From Bdellovibrionota bacterium (GTDB lineage: Bacteria; Bdellovibrionota_C; UBA2361; OMII01): a stretch of DNA of 64,000 bases. The position numbers were made by a program, and so were the translations under genes. The stretch spans positions 2,239-66,238 of the forward strand of contig JBIJBZ010000001.1 of the NCBI GenBank assembly GCA_044344945.1, in the 5' to 3' direction. The notes beneath the pieces are model-generated. The model had not been told where the DNA came from and searched no databases. It saw only the letters and a list, made by a program, of their open reading frames with translations. Positions 1-8,923 of the stretch are shown here, piece after piece; positions within the stretch are counted from its first letter, which is position 1; each line of letters starts with the position of its first letter.

Positions 1-152
1 CCGATTATTACGCCCACGGGGAAGAGTGGCGTTAACGTCGAGCACAAGACACCTTTCCCTCGTCGGATGGCCTGGAAGAGACCATGATATGCTCACCTCC
101 GACTTTGCCGAGAGTGACCCCAAGACAAGTACGTGCTCTTCAGCAATGCGGG

Positions 153-836
153 TTAATCCTCCCTGCGCGGTCGCGCAGCTGCTTTATACCAGCGGCGCTC
201 TTTGAAAAGTTGCAAGACCGCTTCGGCCACTCCCCGGTAGAGGGGGTTCTCAAGGCCTTCGGGCAAACTGCCAGTAGCTGTTCCTAGTTGTCGGCTCTGG
301 ATCTTCTCGAACTGCCTGAACTCTGGGGCATTCTCAATCGGATTATTGTTTCTGTACTGGATGAGAAATCCCATGGCAGCCTCAAGCCGTTGGTCGGGTG
401 ACAATTCAGCTAGCGAACGCAACACGCTTTGGACTGAACCCCGTGCGAAAACGAACCCGGGAATTATCTGTTGTTGATACTTGAACCGAGCTTCGGCGTT
501 CTCGCGTCCGATGGCGACGTCGATCGTGCTTTCGTCAACACCATGCATGTGATTTTGGGGATTCGGCGCTATTACGGCTTTGTCGTTATCTTTCCAGCGC
601 TTCTCGATCCACGCGATGAAGCCCGGGAAGTGCTGTGCCGTGAAGCGTGCTACGAGTTCGTGAGCATCGCAGGTCGTATTCGGTACCTGGCCTCGTAATG
701 TAGCCGCTGCGCGTGCAATGCGGTCCGGGCTAGACCTCTTAGCGCTCTCATGACACCGTGACGACGAGCTGGCAATACGACTAGCTGTAAGCTTTGCGCA
801 TCTGCGAGGTTGAGTCGCTACTTGGGTTGATCTCAT
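153..836 (-). CDS. hypothetical protein (about 227 aa). The track ORF extends to a TTG at 857; the ATG at 836 with a GGAGG Shine-Dalgarno sequence is preferred.
   Basis: Long minus-strand ORF. The ATG at 834-836 is preceded by gaaggaggag. No recognisable motif. Confidence 0.5.
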   Translation of the reverse strand: MRSTQVATQPRRCAKLTASRIASSSSRCHESAKRSSPDRIARAAATLRGQVPNTTCDAHELVARFTAQHFPGFIAWIEKRWKDNDKAVIAPNPQNHMHGVDESTIDVAIGRENAEARFKYQQQIIPGFVFARGSVQSVLRSLAELSPDQRLEAAMGFLIQYRNNNPIENAPEFRQFEKIQSRQLGTATGSLPEGLENPLYRGVAEAVLQLFKERRWYKAAARPRRED

Positions 837-837
837 A

Positions 838-987
838 TCACTCTTCTCCTCCTTCAAGAATTTCTATCGCGCGATTGAATCGGGAAAGCTTCTCCTCTTC
901 GCTCACATCATCCGCCACAAGAAGCTTGGCGATCTCTTCGCGAAGCACCTCGAGAAGCGCTTCCTTTGTATGCTCTTCGTTTTGCAT
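838..987 (-). CDS. small acidic helical ORF (49 aa, MQNEEHTKEALLEVLREEIAKLLVADDVSEEEKLSRFNRAIEILEGGEE)
   Basis: Hand-translated. Its stop TGA sits 1 nt upstream of the ATG at 836 of the downstream gene (TGATATG), a translational-coupling-like arrangement. Below the cutoff of the ORF track. Confidence 0.2.
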   Translation of the reverse strand: MQNEEHTKEALLEVLREEIAKLLVADDVSEEEKLSRFNRAIEILEGGEE

Positions 988-1371
988 ATAGGTTACTAGT
1001 GAGCGCAGCACTCCTTCCTGAGTCCAGTCACTTTGAGAAGTATGCCAGACTGGGCCTATTACTCAAATTTTTTCCTTGTTCCCAACTACGGTCGAGTATC
1101 GGCGAGAAAGAGTAAAGGGTTAGATTGCGACTACGCCAGTATCGTCACTTCGGGAGGCGTTCTGCATCTCCGCACCTAGCGGAGATGCCATTAGAATTCA
1201 GGCCCGTGGAGGATGTGGCGGTAGCAATACGCTCAGGTCCAAACCATCCATAACAGATTGGAACGGATACGGACCTGCTTTGAAAATTCGAACGCTGAAG
1301 TCGGATTGAGCCAAGAAACGGGTAGTACTACCGCACATGTAGGTGTTACTCGCTGAGGAGTGCTCGGAGAG

Positions 1372-1614
1372 CTACAGCCCCTGCTGATCAATCCGGCGGT
1401 GCGCCCTCACAGCCTCTTCCTTTGAGATCTGACCATCAAGGTATGCAACCTCAATAGCAGAGTGGTACTGCGCTGGGGATAGGTTCTCATGGCTCTCGAG
1501 CCCACGAACGCGGTCTAACGAATAGTCGCCGGCTGGTGGCTGAGAAGCAGAGAAACATCCACTAAGAAGAAGGAGCCCTACAAGAGAGAGACGCTTGAAA
1601 CCACGTGCTTGCAT
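1372..1614 (-). CDS. small lipoprotein (signal peptide MQARGFKRLSLVGLLLLSGC with a lipobox)
   Basis: The ORF track gives 1372..1686. The start at 1614 has a GAGGT Shine-Dalgarno sequence 5 nt upstream and opens directly into n-region, h-region and the LSGC lipobox. Confidence 0.45.
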   Translation of the reverse strand: MQARGFKRLSLVGLLLLSGCFSASQPPAGDYSLDRVRGLESHENLSPAQYHSAIEVAYLDGQISKEEAVRAHRRIDQQGL

Positions 1615-1754
1615 AGATACCTCACTCATTACGCATGAAGAGGATCCGCACTTGTAAACCATTTGCTTCAGCTGGGAGTTGCTCACGTAGCAAATCCGGT
1701 GATTTCAGCCGATTACATGATACCTCGCAGTACTTCAGCGCTACGGGGCACCTG

Positions 1755-4700
1755 CTATTTCAGCACTTCCTTAGACGCTACCCAGCGATATTTAAGGGTT
1801 GGCTGCCCCCGCTCCTCACCGATGGTTTCTCCCTCTAAGGTCTTCCCATCAGCAGAGATGCGAGCGGTATTCCTAATGCGAATACTCGGGGTCTTCACAA
1901 CTTCAAACTCAATCTGATTGTTCTGTGTAACAGTCCAGGTAAAGTTGCTGCGTAATCCCATCCTACGAATCGTCGATGCGCCACCAAGCGCAGCATCCGT
2001 CATTGTAAAGCCCTCGCGCTGACCATCCTCAGTGGTGTTAAACAGGAACATCCCTCCGAGTTGGGGATTTAAGCCCGCAACGCTCTCGATCTTCCACTGC
2101 CACGCCCCACTGAATCGACGTTCGATCTCCTTGAGCACCTCAGGGCTTGGTTCAAATATCGACGCATCACTCTCTACTTCCTTCGCATACGATGGCGAGG
2201 TAGTCGCTCCTGCGACACCTGCACCCATAATCGCTGCTGCGCCTGCATTTCCGCGAGCGGTCCAATCGATGCTCTTGCCAAAGATTTCACGGCCATCGAC
2301 CTCGCGCCGATAGCCACGAATGACCTCGATATCGCGCGAGGGATCGTACGTTGCATTTTGAGGAAGATAGAGGTGCGTGACTCCACTGGCCGCAAGTGTT
2401 TTAACTTCGCCAGGTTCGGAGATCCCGTTCTGATTTTCATCAAACCAGAGACCCAGATCGCGTAGCTCTTTGCCGCTGATCTCGCCATTACCATCACTAT
2501 CCTGAGTGGCTAGTGCAGCATATCCATGTGGCCACTGCTGGGCAGTACCCGTGGTGAGACTCGCTAGCCTCTGACCACCAAACGTCCAGTGACCAAAGAG
2601 CTGTGCTGCCGACGTTATGCGCCCCTTATGCTCAGGGTCGTACACCAGGAGCGGTGCCGCTGCCGATGCGCGCCACACCCAGTACGCGCCGACCTTGTCG
2701 AGCGCGAGGGGGAAATTGACCAACGTCGGAGTCGGGATCCCCTCCTCGGCGGCATCGCTCCATATCAACGATATCGGTGACCCATACCACCTGAAGGTGT
2801 ACTCACCCCGCAACGCCGCTTCACAATTCGGGTTTAATGTCTGAATAGTCGAAGGGTCTACAGGATTGCAATTAGCATCGAAATAAAAGACAAGTTCATT
2901 TATTGCTCCATTTTTAATCCATGTGCCCTTTGCTGCAAGAGGAGAGCCTATATAGCCTCTCTTGTCTGGGCCCTCCAGGAATTTCAGCCCTAAGTTAAAG
3001 CACGCACCATTGTCACCTGACTTATATTTTTTAATTCTCTTGGCTCTTTCGGCTTCTACTCCAAGATAAAAGTATACCAACATTCCATCGTCATACCGAT
3101 TAGCGTTTCCACTGCAGGTAGTCGTTATTCGGGCGAACTCCCTCGCCCGAGCAAGATCCGCTCCGTAGCAAGTTCCAACTCCTTCAGCCTGTTCCACGGT
3201 GTCATCAAGCGCCGCTATAATAGCTGCCCTCTGGTCCACGGTGAGGCCGGACTGCGACAGAGGAAGCGCCGCCAAGGCCTTCACATAGTCGGTGAGGTAT
3301 TTGCCTATTTCAGCTTCCTTAGCCTGCTCAGTAATTCCTGCCTCCTGATTGTCATTTGGACTATCACAGGCGGGATCACCCATATCGATAAATCCATCTT
3401 TGTCGTCATCAATTCCATTCTCACACTGGAGGCGTTTTTTTGGGTCGGGGTTCTTTTCGAAATTTCCCTGTGGCCCACTACATCCTAAATCAGCCGGATA
3501 ATCGATAGCTCCATCACCATCGTCATCCTGTCCGTTCTGACACTGCGCGAGCACGTCACCTTCGTTTGTATCAAGCTTCGAAGAGCAGCCAAAATCGGCC
3601 GGAAAATCGACCGCTCCATCGCCATCATTATCGCGGCCATCCTGACAGGCAGTAGTTGCACTATTCTCGGTGTTATCATTGGCGTTCGAGCACCCCGGGT
3701 CTGCCATGTCCTTCAGGCCATCTCCGTCATCGTCCTTCCCATTCTGACACTGCTGCTTTGTCGCTGCTTCGGTTGCGCCCTGTGTCGAAGCGCACCCTAG
3801 ATCGGCTGGATAGTCTATAAATCCATCGCCATCATCGTCGATTCCATTCTGACATACTGACTGAGCATCGCCTTCGTCAGTGTCCTTGGCATTTGCACAC
3901 CCCTTATCAGCAGGGTAATCTCGCGCACCATCGCCGTCGTTATCGGCACCATCGGAGCACGCTGGAAGAGCGGTTCCCTTCGGCCCACCAGCCTCAGAGT
4001 TGTCTCCTCTGTTTGCACAATCAGGGTCCTCAGCATCGATCTTCCCGTCTTTGTCGTCGTCCTTGGTATTAGCACACAGCGGGAGCGGTCCGGCTTCTTG
4101 GTTGTCTAAAGCGCCTGTGCAGTTAAAATCACCCTGCCAATCAATCCTGCCGTCTCCATCGTTATCAAGACCATCAGAGCACTCGGGCTTCTTATCGGCA
4201 CCTTCCGAGTTCATTATCTTCTGGTACTTGCCTTTTGCGTCAAAGCATCCGGGGTCCAATGAATCAACAGCCCCGTCTCCATCGTTGTCAATTCCATCTT
4301 GGCAATGCGTGGTGCCATCATTCTCTTGGTTATCTTGTGGGTCGGAACAACCTGGGTCAGTAGCGTCGATGAGGCCATCACCGTCATCGTCCTTCTTATT
4401 CTGGCAGAGGCGCGGCGTACCATCGCTCTCTTTCTTGATCTGGCTCGATATGCAGGAGAGGTCTGCTGGCTTACCTCCACCACCCAGATAGTCGACTCCG
4501 CCGTCACCATCGTTGTCGACGCCGTCATTACACTCCGTCGCTGAGCCGCTTTCAGTAGCATCAAAGGTGCGAGCGCAATCGATATCTTTAGTATCTACCG
4601 CACCATCGCCATCGTTATCGGCTCCGTCTGAACATTCATAGACGATCTTGTCCTTCGCCTTGAGGATCGCATTGACCGGAGCTTCAACCTTGGACCACTG

Positions 4701-5009
4701 CAGATTGTTCTCCTCAAAGAACTCCTTCCACATTCCAATGTAAAAGGTCTGCCGTGAATCAGAAACACCGGTGAATATATTTGTCCAATTTTTTAAGCCC
4801 ACCATTTTCGACTGCCACTTGAAGTAGGGACACAGGTGTGGTGTGGGAGGATCGGATGGAGTCGTCGTAACAACTACGCCGCCGTGTCCATGCTCTCCGC
4901 CATTCTCGATTTGAGCGATTAGTGGGACGGGGAGAAGTGCCACAGAATATGCGATTGAAGTACAGAGCACTAACCGGAGGCACGACCAATAAGATTGACT
5001 AAGGATCAT
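1755..5009 (-). CDS. large secreted protein with 12 tandem MopE/thrombospondin-type-3-like Cys-x-DGxDNDGDG calcium/metal-binding repeats and a ~600-aa C-terminal domain carrying EF-hand/dockerin-like DxDxNG loops
   Basis: 1084-aa ORF with an N-terminal signal-like hydrophobic segment. The repeats are CSDGADNDGDGAVD, CQNGIDDDGDGFID and similar, 12 in all. DSDGNGEISGKELRDLGLWFDENQNGISEPGEV lies in the C-terminal part. Confidence 0.8.
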   Translation of the reverse strand: MILSQSYWSCLRLVLCTSIAYSVALLPVPLIAQIENGGEHGHGGVVVTTTPSDPPTPHLCPYFKWQSKMVGLKNWTNIFTGVSDSRQTFYIGMWKEFFEENNLQWSKVEAPVNAILKAKDKIVYECSDGADNDGDGAVDTKDIDCARTFDATESGSATECNDGVDNDGDGGVDYLGGGGKPADLSCISSQIKKESDGTPRLCQNKKDDDGDGLIDATDPGCSDPQDNQENDGTTHCQDGIDNDGDGAVDSLDPGCFDAKGKYQKIMNSEGADKKPECSDGLDNDGDGRIDWQGDFNCTGALDNQEAGPLPLCANTKDDDKDGKIDAEDPDCANRGDNSEAGGPKGTALPACSDGADNDGDGARDYPADKGCANAKDTDEGDAQSVCQNGIDDDGDGFIDYPADLGCASTQGATEAATKQQCQNGKDDDGDGLKDMADPGCSNANDNTENSATTACQDGRDNDGDGAVDFPADFGCSSKLDTNEGDVLAQCQNGQDDDGDGAIDYPADLGCSGPQGNFEKNPDPKKRLQCENGIDDDKDGFIDMGDPACDSPNDNQEAGITEQAKEAEIGKYLTDYVKALAALPLSQSGLTVDQRAAIIAALDDTVEQAEGVGTCYGADLARAREFARITTTCSGNANRYDDGMLVYFYLGVEAERAKRIKKYKSGDNGACFNLGLKFLEGPDKRGYIGSPLAAKGTWIKNGAINELVFYFDANCNPVDPSTIQTLNPNCEAALRGEYTFRWYGSPISLIWSDAAEEGIPTPTLVNFPLALDKVGAYWVWRASAAAPLLVYDPEHKGRITSAAQLFGHWTFGGQRLASLTTGTAQQWPHGYAALATQDSDGNGEISGKELRDLGLWFDENQNGISEPGEVKTLAASGVTHLYLPQNATYDPSRDIEVIRGYRREVDGREIFGKSIDWTARGNAGAAAIMGAGVAGATTSPSYAKEVESDASIFEPSPEVLKEIERRFSGAWQWKIESVAGLNPQLGGMFLFNTTEDGQREGFTMTDAALGGASTIRRMGLRSNFTWTVTQNNQIEFEVVKTPSIRIRNTARISADGKTLEGETIGEERGQPTLKYRWVASKEVLK

Positions 5010-5055
5010 AATGAAGCCCCTAATGACCTTTTACACCCAGGCTATCGGCTTCTGG

Positions 5056-5091
5056 CCCAAAAAACTTTGGGGAAACTTTTTTCTTATCCCC
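5056..5091 (-). terminator. candidate intrinsic terminator downstream of the liv operon
   Basis: On the minus strand: ggggataagaaaaaagtttcccc hairpin followed by aaagtttttt. Confidence 0.3.
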
Positions 5092-5156
5092 GACTAGCGA
5101 GAGATTCCAAGGACATTTCAGTCAGTTAGCACTTTCTCGCAAATGACAGTGCGGTG

Positions 5157-5891
5157 CTATTTCCCGAAGTAGATCTCCTGCAGCTGCTCATTACGCCGGA
5201 CATTCTCAGGGGTGTCATCGAGGATTATACGCCCCTGATCAAGCACGAGAACCCGTTTACTAAAGCTCTGCACAAAGTTGATATCATGCTCAATGATGAG
5301 CGTTGTCTTCCCAAGCGCTTGCACGTGGCTAATAAGGGCGGCCACCTCGTCTTTCATCTTCGGCGACACTCCAGCGGTTGGCTCGTCGAGGAGAAACACC
5401 TCAGCACCGAAGGCGAGCGCGCGAATAATCTCAAGGAGTCGCATCTGACCACCAGAGAGCATCCCTGCTCGGTCGTTTGCCTTTCCTTCGAGCTTCACCT
5501 GCGCTAGAAATTCCTTGGCTTTCGCCCGAATCGCACGGCTCGTTGTAGACCACGGTACAAATGTGCTCCACATACCGGCCCGAGCCTCGAGTGCGACGAC
5601 GAGGTTCTCGAGTACCGTCATCTCTCGAAAGATGCCGAAGCTTTGAAAGACTCGACCGATACCTAACTCCGCACGGAGATAGGGAGCCATATGTGTTATA
5701 TTCTGTTCAAGAAATGTAATTGAGCCTTTGTTCGCGCTTACAAAACCACTAAGGCAGTTAAAGAGCGTTGTTTTGCCACTCCCGTTGGGGCCAATTATTC
5801 CGATCGCATCGCCAGGCGCAGCTTCAAACGAAACGCCATTCAAGATATTGGCATCCCCGATCCGTACATGAACATCTGAAACTGTAAGCAT
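5157..5891 (-). CDS. livG: branched-chain amino acid ABC transporter ATP-binding protein (LivG-like)
   Basis: Walker A GPNGSGKTT, signature LSGGQMRLLEI, Walker B LLLDEP. N-terminus resembles LivG. Confidence 0.8.
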   Translation of the reverse strand: MLTVSDVHVRIGDANILNGVSFEAAPGDAIGIIGPNGSGKTTLFNCLSGFVSANKGSITFLEQNITHMAPYLRAELGIGRVFQSFGIFREMTVLENLVVALEARAGMWSTFVPWSTTSRAIRAKAKEFLAQVKLEGKANDRAGMLSGGQMRLLEIIRALAFGAEVFLLDEPTAGVSPKMKDEVAALISHVQALGKTTLIIEHDINFVQSFSKRVLVLDQGRIILDDTPENVRRNEQLQEIYFGK

Positions 5892-6761
5892 TTATACCTC
5901 TCGTTGAGACGGAAAGAGACGCTTTCGGTTAATCCATACAACAGCCAGTAACACGATACTGTGCAATAGCTGCCGCATCGGCCCCAAGATTGACGATGGT
6001 AGATCAAGAAATCGGAGAGGCTCAGGTAAAAGTACCAAAAATATCGTGGCTGCAAGGCAGCCCCAAAAAGACCCCGGCGAGCCAACCACCACAATACTGA
6101 GCAGAAATATCATCTCTGCAAAGGAGAATGATGATGGATCGATGTAGTTGAGGTAGTACGAAAAGAGCGATCCGGCAATACCTGCAAACAGGGACGAGAT
6201 GAAGAACGCTGTAGTATTCAACAATCGAACATCACGTCCTAACGCCATGGTAGCGAGGCGATCCTCTGCCTGAGCCCTCAACACGCGAGCGAACGAGCTC
6301 TTGAATAAGAGGTAGAGGATCACTTGCGATGAAACTGCAAGGATAAGCGTGAGCAGAAGGAACTGAGAATTCTCATAGAGAGCACGTCCACCAAACTCGG
6401 GACGTGGAATACCAGGAATGCCCAAAACGCCATGAGTTACACTCTTCCAGTTTATTAGAAGCGCCGAAACAACTGAGCTAAATGCGAGGGTTCCGATGGC
6501 GAAGTAGTCTCCGGCTAATCGAAGCGCGATACCTCCCAGCAGAAATGCAAATACTCCACTCACGAGTGCACTTGAGAGCATGCATCGAAACGGGCCCATC
6601 TCAAACTCAGTCGCACCCAACGCCGTCACGTAGGCGCCCAGGGCGTAGGCAGCAACATGCGCTAGGTTAAAGAGCCGGCCTAGCCCAATCGTTACGTTGA
6701 AGCTCTGCGCCAGGATGACGTAGATACCAACGAGGATACACAGGTGAATGTAATATTCCAT
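5892..6761 (-). CDS. livM: branched-chain amino acid ABC transporter permease (LivM-like)
   Basis: Polytopic membrane protein abutting the stop of livG, in the typical liv permease context. Confidence 0.8.
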   Translation of the reverse strand: MEYYIHLCILVGIYVILAQSFNVTIGLGRLFNLAHVAAYALGAYVTALGATEFEMGPFRCMLSSALVSGVFAFLLGGIALRLAGDYFAIGTLAFSSVVSALLINWKSVTHGVLGIPGIPRPEFGGRALYENSQFLLLTLILAVSSQVILYLLFKSSFARVLRAQAEDRLATMALGRDVRLLNTTAFFISSLFAGIAGSLFSYYLNYIDPSSFSFAEMIFLLSIVVVGSPGSFWGCLAATIFLVLLPEPLRFLDLPSSILGPMRQLLHSIVLLAVVWINRKRLFPSQREV

Positions 6762-6767
6762 CGCTTA

Positions 6768-7661
6768 CTACGCGGCGCGCCTCCGGATCGATAGCAGCCC
6801 CTCGGGTCGGATCAAAAGCACTACGAGAATAATGACATAGGCGAAAGCATCCTTATAGCCCGCCGGTAGAGAGTAGGTAGGACCGAAATCGAGCCCCAAC
6901 CCGAAATTCTCCACAAATCCGAGAATATAGCACCCGAGGACCGTGCCCCAAACATTTCCGAGACCGCCCAATATCAACGCGGCCAACCCCTTCATCGTAT
7001 ATCCATGCCCCATCGTTGGTTGAAGATTCGTCTCATAGCCGATCATGATACCGGCATACATCGAGAGGAGCGTTCCGAGTACAAAGACCCCAAGTCTAAC
7101 GTGCGGTACCCGAATAGAGAGCGCCTGCGCTGCCACAAAGCGCTCAGACACCGCACGGACCTGCCGGCCAAATGAGGTCGCATGCATCAGGCACGCAATC
7201 AACGTTAGGATCGCGAATGCTGAGGCGATGATGCCGATCTGAAGTTTTGTGATAAACACGGAGCCGATCTCAAGGCTCTCTGCTGCTGCACCGCTGTCGA
7301 GTGATTTCACATTTACTCCAAACACCATCGAGACCGTCGACTCAAGGATCGTGGCAAGCGCTAAGGTCGTCACCAGCGGTAGCATCTGGCTGAAGCGTTC
7401 GAATGGGAGGATGAAGACAAGCAACACAATCAGGGCAAGCACCGTCATCATGACTGAAGTTCCTAAAGCTGCCATAGGAACACTTAATCCCAACTCAACG
7501 GAATAAAAGTAAAAGAGATAGGCCCCGACCATCATCAGGTGGCCATGAGCAAAGTTTAGGATCTTCAAAATACCGTAGGTGAGTGAGAACCCCACTGCTA
7601 CAAGAGCATAGATGCTCCCCGTAATAAGCGAATGAACGACAAGCTGGGGTACGATTTCCAT
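6768..7661 (-). CDS. livH: branched-chain amino acid ABC transporter permease (LivH-like)
   Basis: Polytopic membrane protein, first gene of the livHMG-type operon. Confidence 0.8.
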   Translation of the reverse strand: MEIVPQLVVHSLITGSIYALVAVGFSLTYGILKILNFAHGHLMMVGAYLFYFYSVELGLSVPMAALGTSVMMTVLALIVLLVFILPFERFSQMLPLVTTLALATILESTVSMVFGVNVKSLDSGAAAESLEIGSVFITKLQIGIIASAFAILTLIACLMHATSFGRQVRAVSERFVAAQALSIRVPHVRLGVFVLGTLLSMYAGIMIGYETNLQPTMGHGYTMKGLAALILGGLGNVWGTVLGCYILGFVENFGLGLDFGPTYSLPAGYKDAFAYVIILVVLLIRPEGLLSIRRRAA

Positions 7662-7699
7662 TGGCAGGAGTGTAGCAATACTTGGCCGACTGGGCTAGT

Positions 7700-7815
7700 C
7701 CGCATATTGCATTAAGCCTGCTACTACGAGCGCCGATAACAGCGCTTTTTCGGCTCAAAAATCGATTTTCAGACCGGAAGGTATCTCGATACGATTCCGC
7801 CCTGAAAATAGTTTT
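7700..7815 (+). repeat. MITE-like palindromic element, truncated copy (family member 1 of 4)
   Basis: Shares ccgcatattgcattaagcctgctact...ctttttcgg...cagaccggaaggtatc[t/c]cgatacgattccgccctgaa with the copy at 18807-18997. Homology ends where the (AACGTR)n element follows. Confidence 0.6.
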
Positions 7816-7865
7816 GGCCCATCGTGGAATCGAGTGGGTAAAATTGTTGTTTGCGGGCGTGAACA

Positions 7866-7900
7866 TGCTCGAGCACGTAAACGTGAACGTACCCGAAAAA
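7866..7900 (-). promoter_or_regulatory. (AACGTR)n conserved intergenic element, copy 1, about 200 bp upstream of livH
   Basis: gctcgagcacgtaaacgtgaacgtacccgaaaa, flanked by the 7-bp inverted repeat gggcgtg...cacgccc. The same about-30-nt core occurs at 8291-8330 and 40148-40180, each time oriented towards the downstream transcription unit. Confidence 0.4.
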
Positions 7901-8290
7901 GTGTGGTCACACGCCCTGGAGGCAAAGTTTAGAAAGCATGGCACCAATCCGTGTTAGCAAAAGCTTTCAGGTGCGATATTCGTCCGGGGAGAGGTGGCCA
8001 AGGGCGTTAACAAATCAAAGAGGTCACCACACTCCATGACGGACCTCGTGCTATTGAGAAATAGTGCCGTTTATCGGCTTGTTTGAGCTTGCCGGCACCT
8101 TCGGCGATGTTGCGCACAATCGAAAATGGTGCGCGCTTAAACTGATCTTGGAGTTCTCCGTTTCCCCTGGGTAGCCGGTCTCAAATCTCAACAGTAGTGA
8201 CGACGAACTCTAGCAGGGTGGTAACCATCCAATTTTTCGTAATCCAGCATACTACTAGATATCGATCGCCGGGGCAGAAAGTTGCTCGAT

Positions 8291-8330
8291 CGGGTATGTT
8301 CACGTTCACGTTTACGTTTACGAGCACGTG
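8291..8330 (+). promoter_or_regulatory. (AACGTR)n conserved intergenic element, copy 2
   Basis: cgggtatgttcacgttcacgtttacgtttacgagcacgtg is the reverse-complement orientation of copies 1 and 3, with one extra hexamer unit. Confidence 0.4.
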
Positions 8331-8528
8331 ATTCATCACTGAAAACAATGGATTATGGCCCATCAGCAGTCATTGGCACCCACTTGATTCCCCGATGACC
8401 CATTTAACATTTCGCACTAAAGAGAACTTAGCGGAGTGGGACCGACGGGGCTACAGAAAAATAGCCAGTCTTCGGCAGATATGCAGCTCACTGGAAAAGG
8501 TTCAACGTGTACGGACCAGCACAGGACC

Positions 8529-8570
8529 GCGGAGGAGGATTCAGATAATCTGATTCCTCCCGCATTTTTC
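8529..8570 (+). terminator. candidate intrinsic terminator, possibly the end of a plus-strand small RNA
   Basis: gcggaggaggattcagataatctgattcctcccgc hairpin followed by atttttc. No plus-strand CDS lies upstream; the nearest upstream landmark is element copy 2. Confidence 0.35.
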
Positions 8571-8923
8571 TAGGATTGCCCAGAGATCGGTTGCTAGTGT
8601 CGCACTATCGTAATCGAGATGCCGTCACGAACTGTACGGCTTCGATGCTCGATAGTCGAAGATTCCGAGCCCTTCTCGGCAACTTCGATTCTTTCACAAT
8701 CGAATATGGGTAGTTCTACGTTTGTAAGGTTATATTACGTTTTTTGACACCTGGTTGATTGGCTACTGTGACTCGATACCGAGGTCATCACGACCCTTGA
8801 TCGCTTTCAAGAGCGATGAAGCGTCGTGACTGACACCGGCCGTATACGCTTTGCGTCTACGATCGATTCGGTTTCGACTTTCCACAAACTCACACTCACA
8901 ATCAACAACACATCAAATAACTC

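Noticed and set aside
1167-1191. Perfect hairpin gcatctccgcacctagcggagatgc
   Set aside because: It is not followed by a T-run on either strand and is not repeated elsewhere in the window. Probably incidental.
8371-8390. tggcacccacttga resembles a sigma-54 -24/-12 promoter
   Set aside because: The -12 element is TTGA rather than TTGC and there is no downstream gene within 500 bp.
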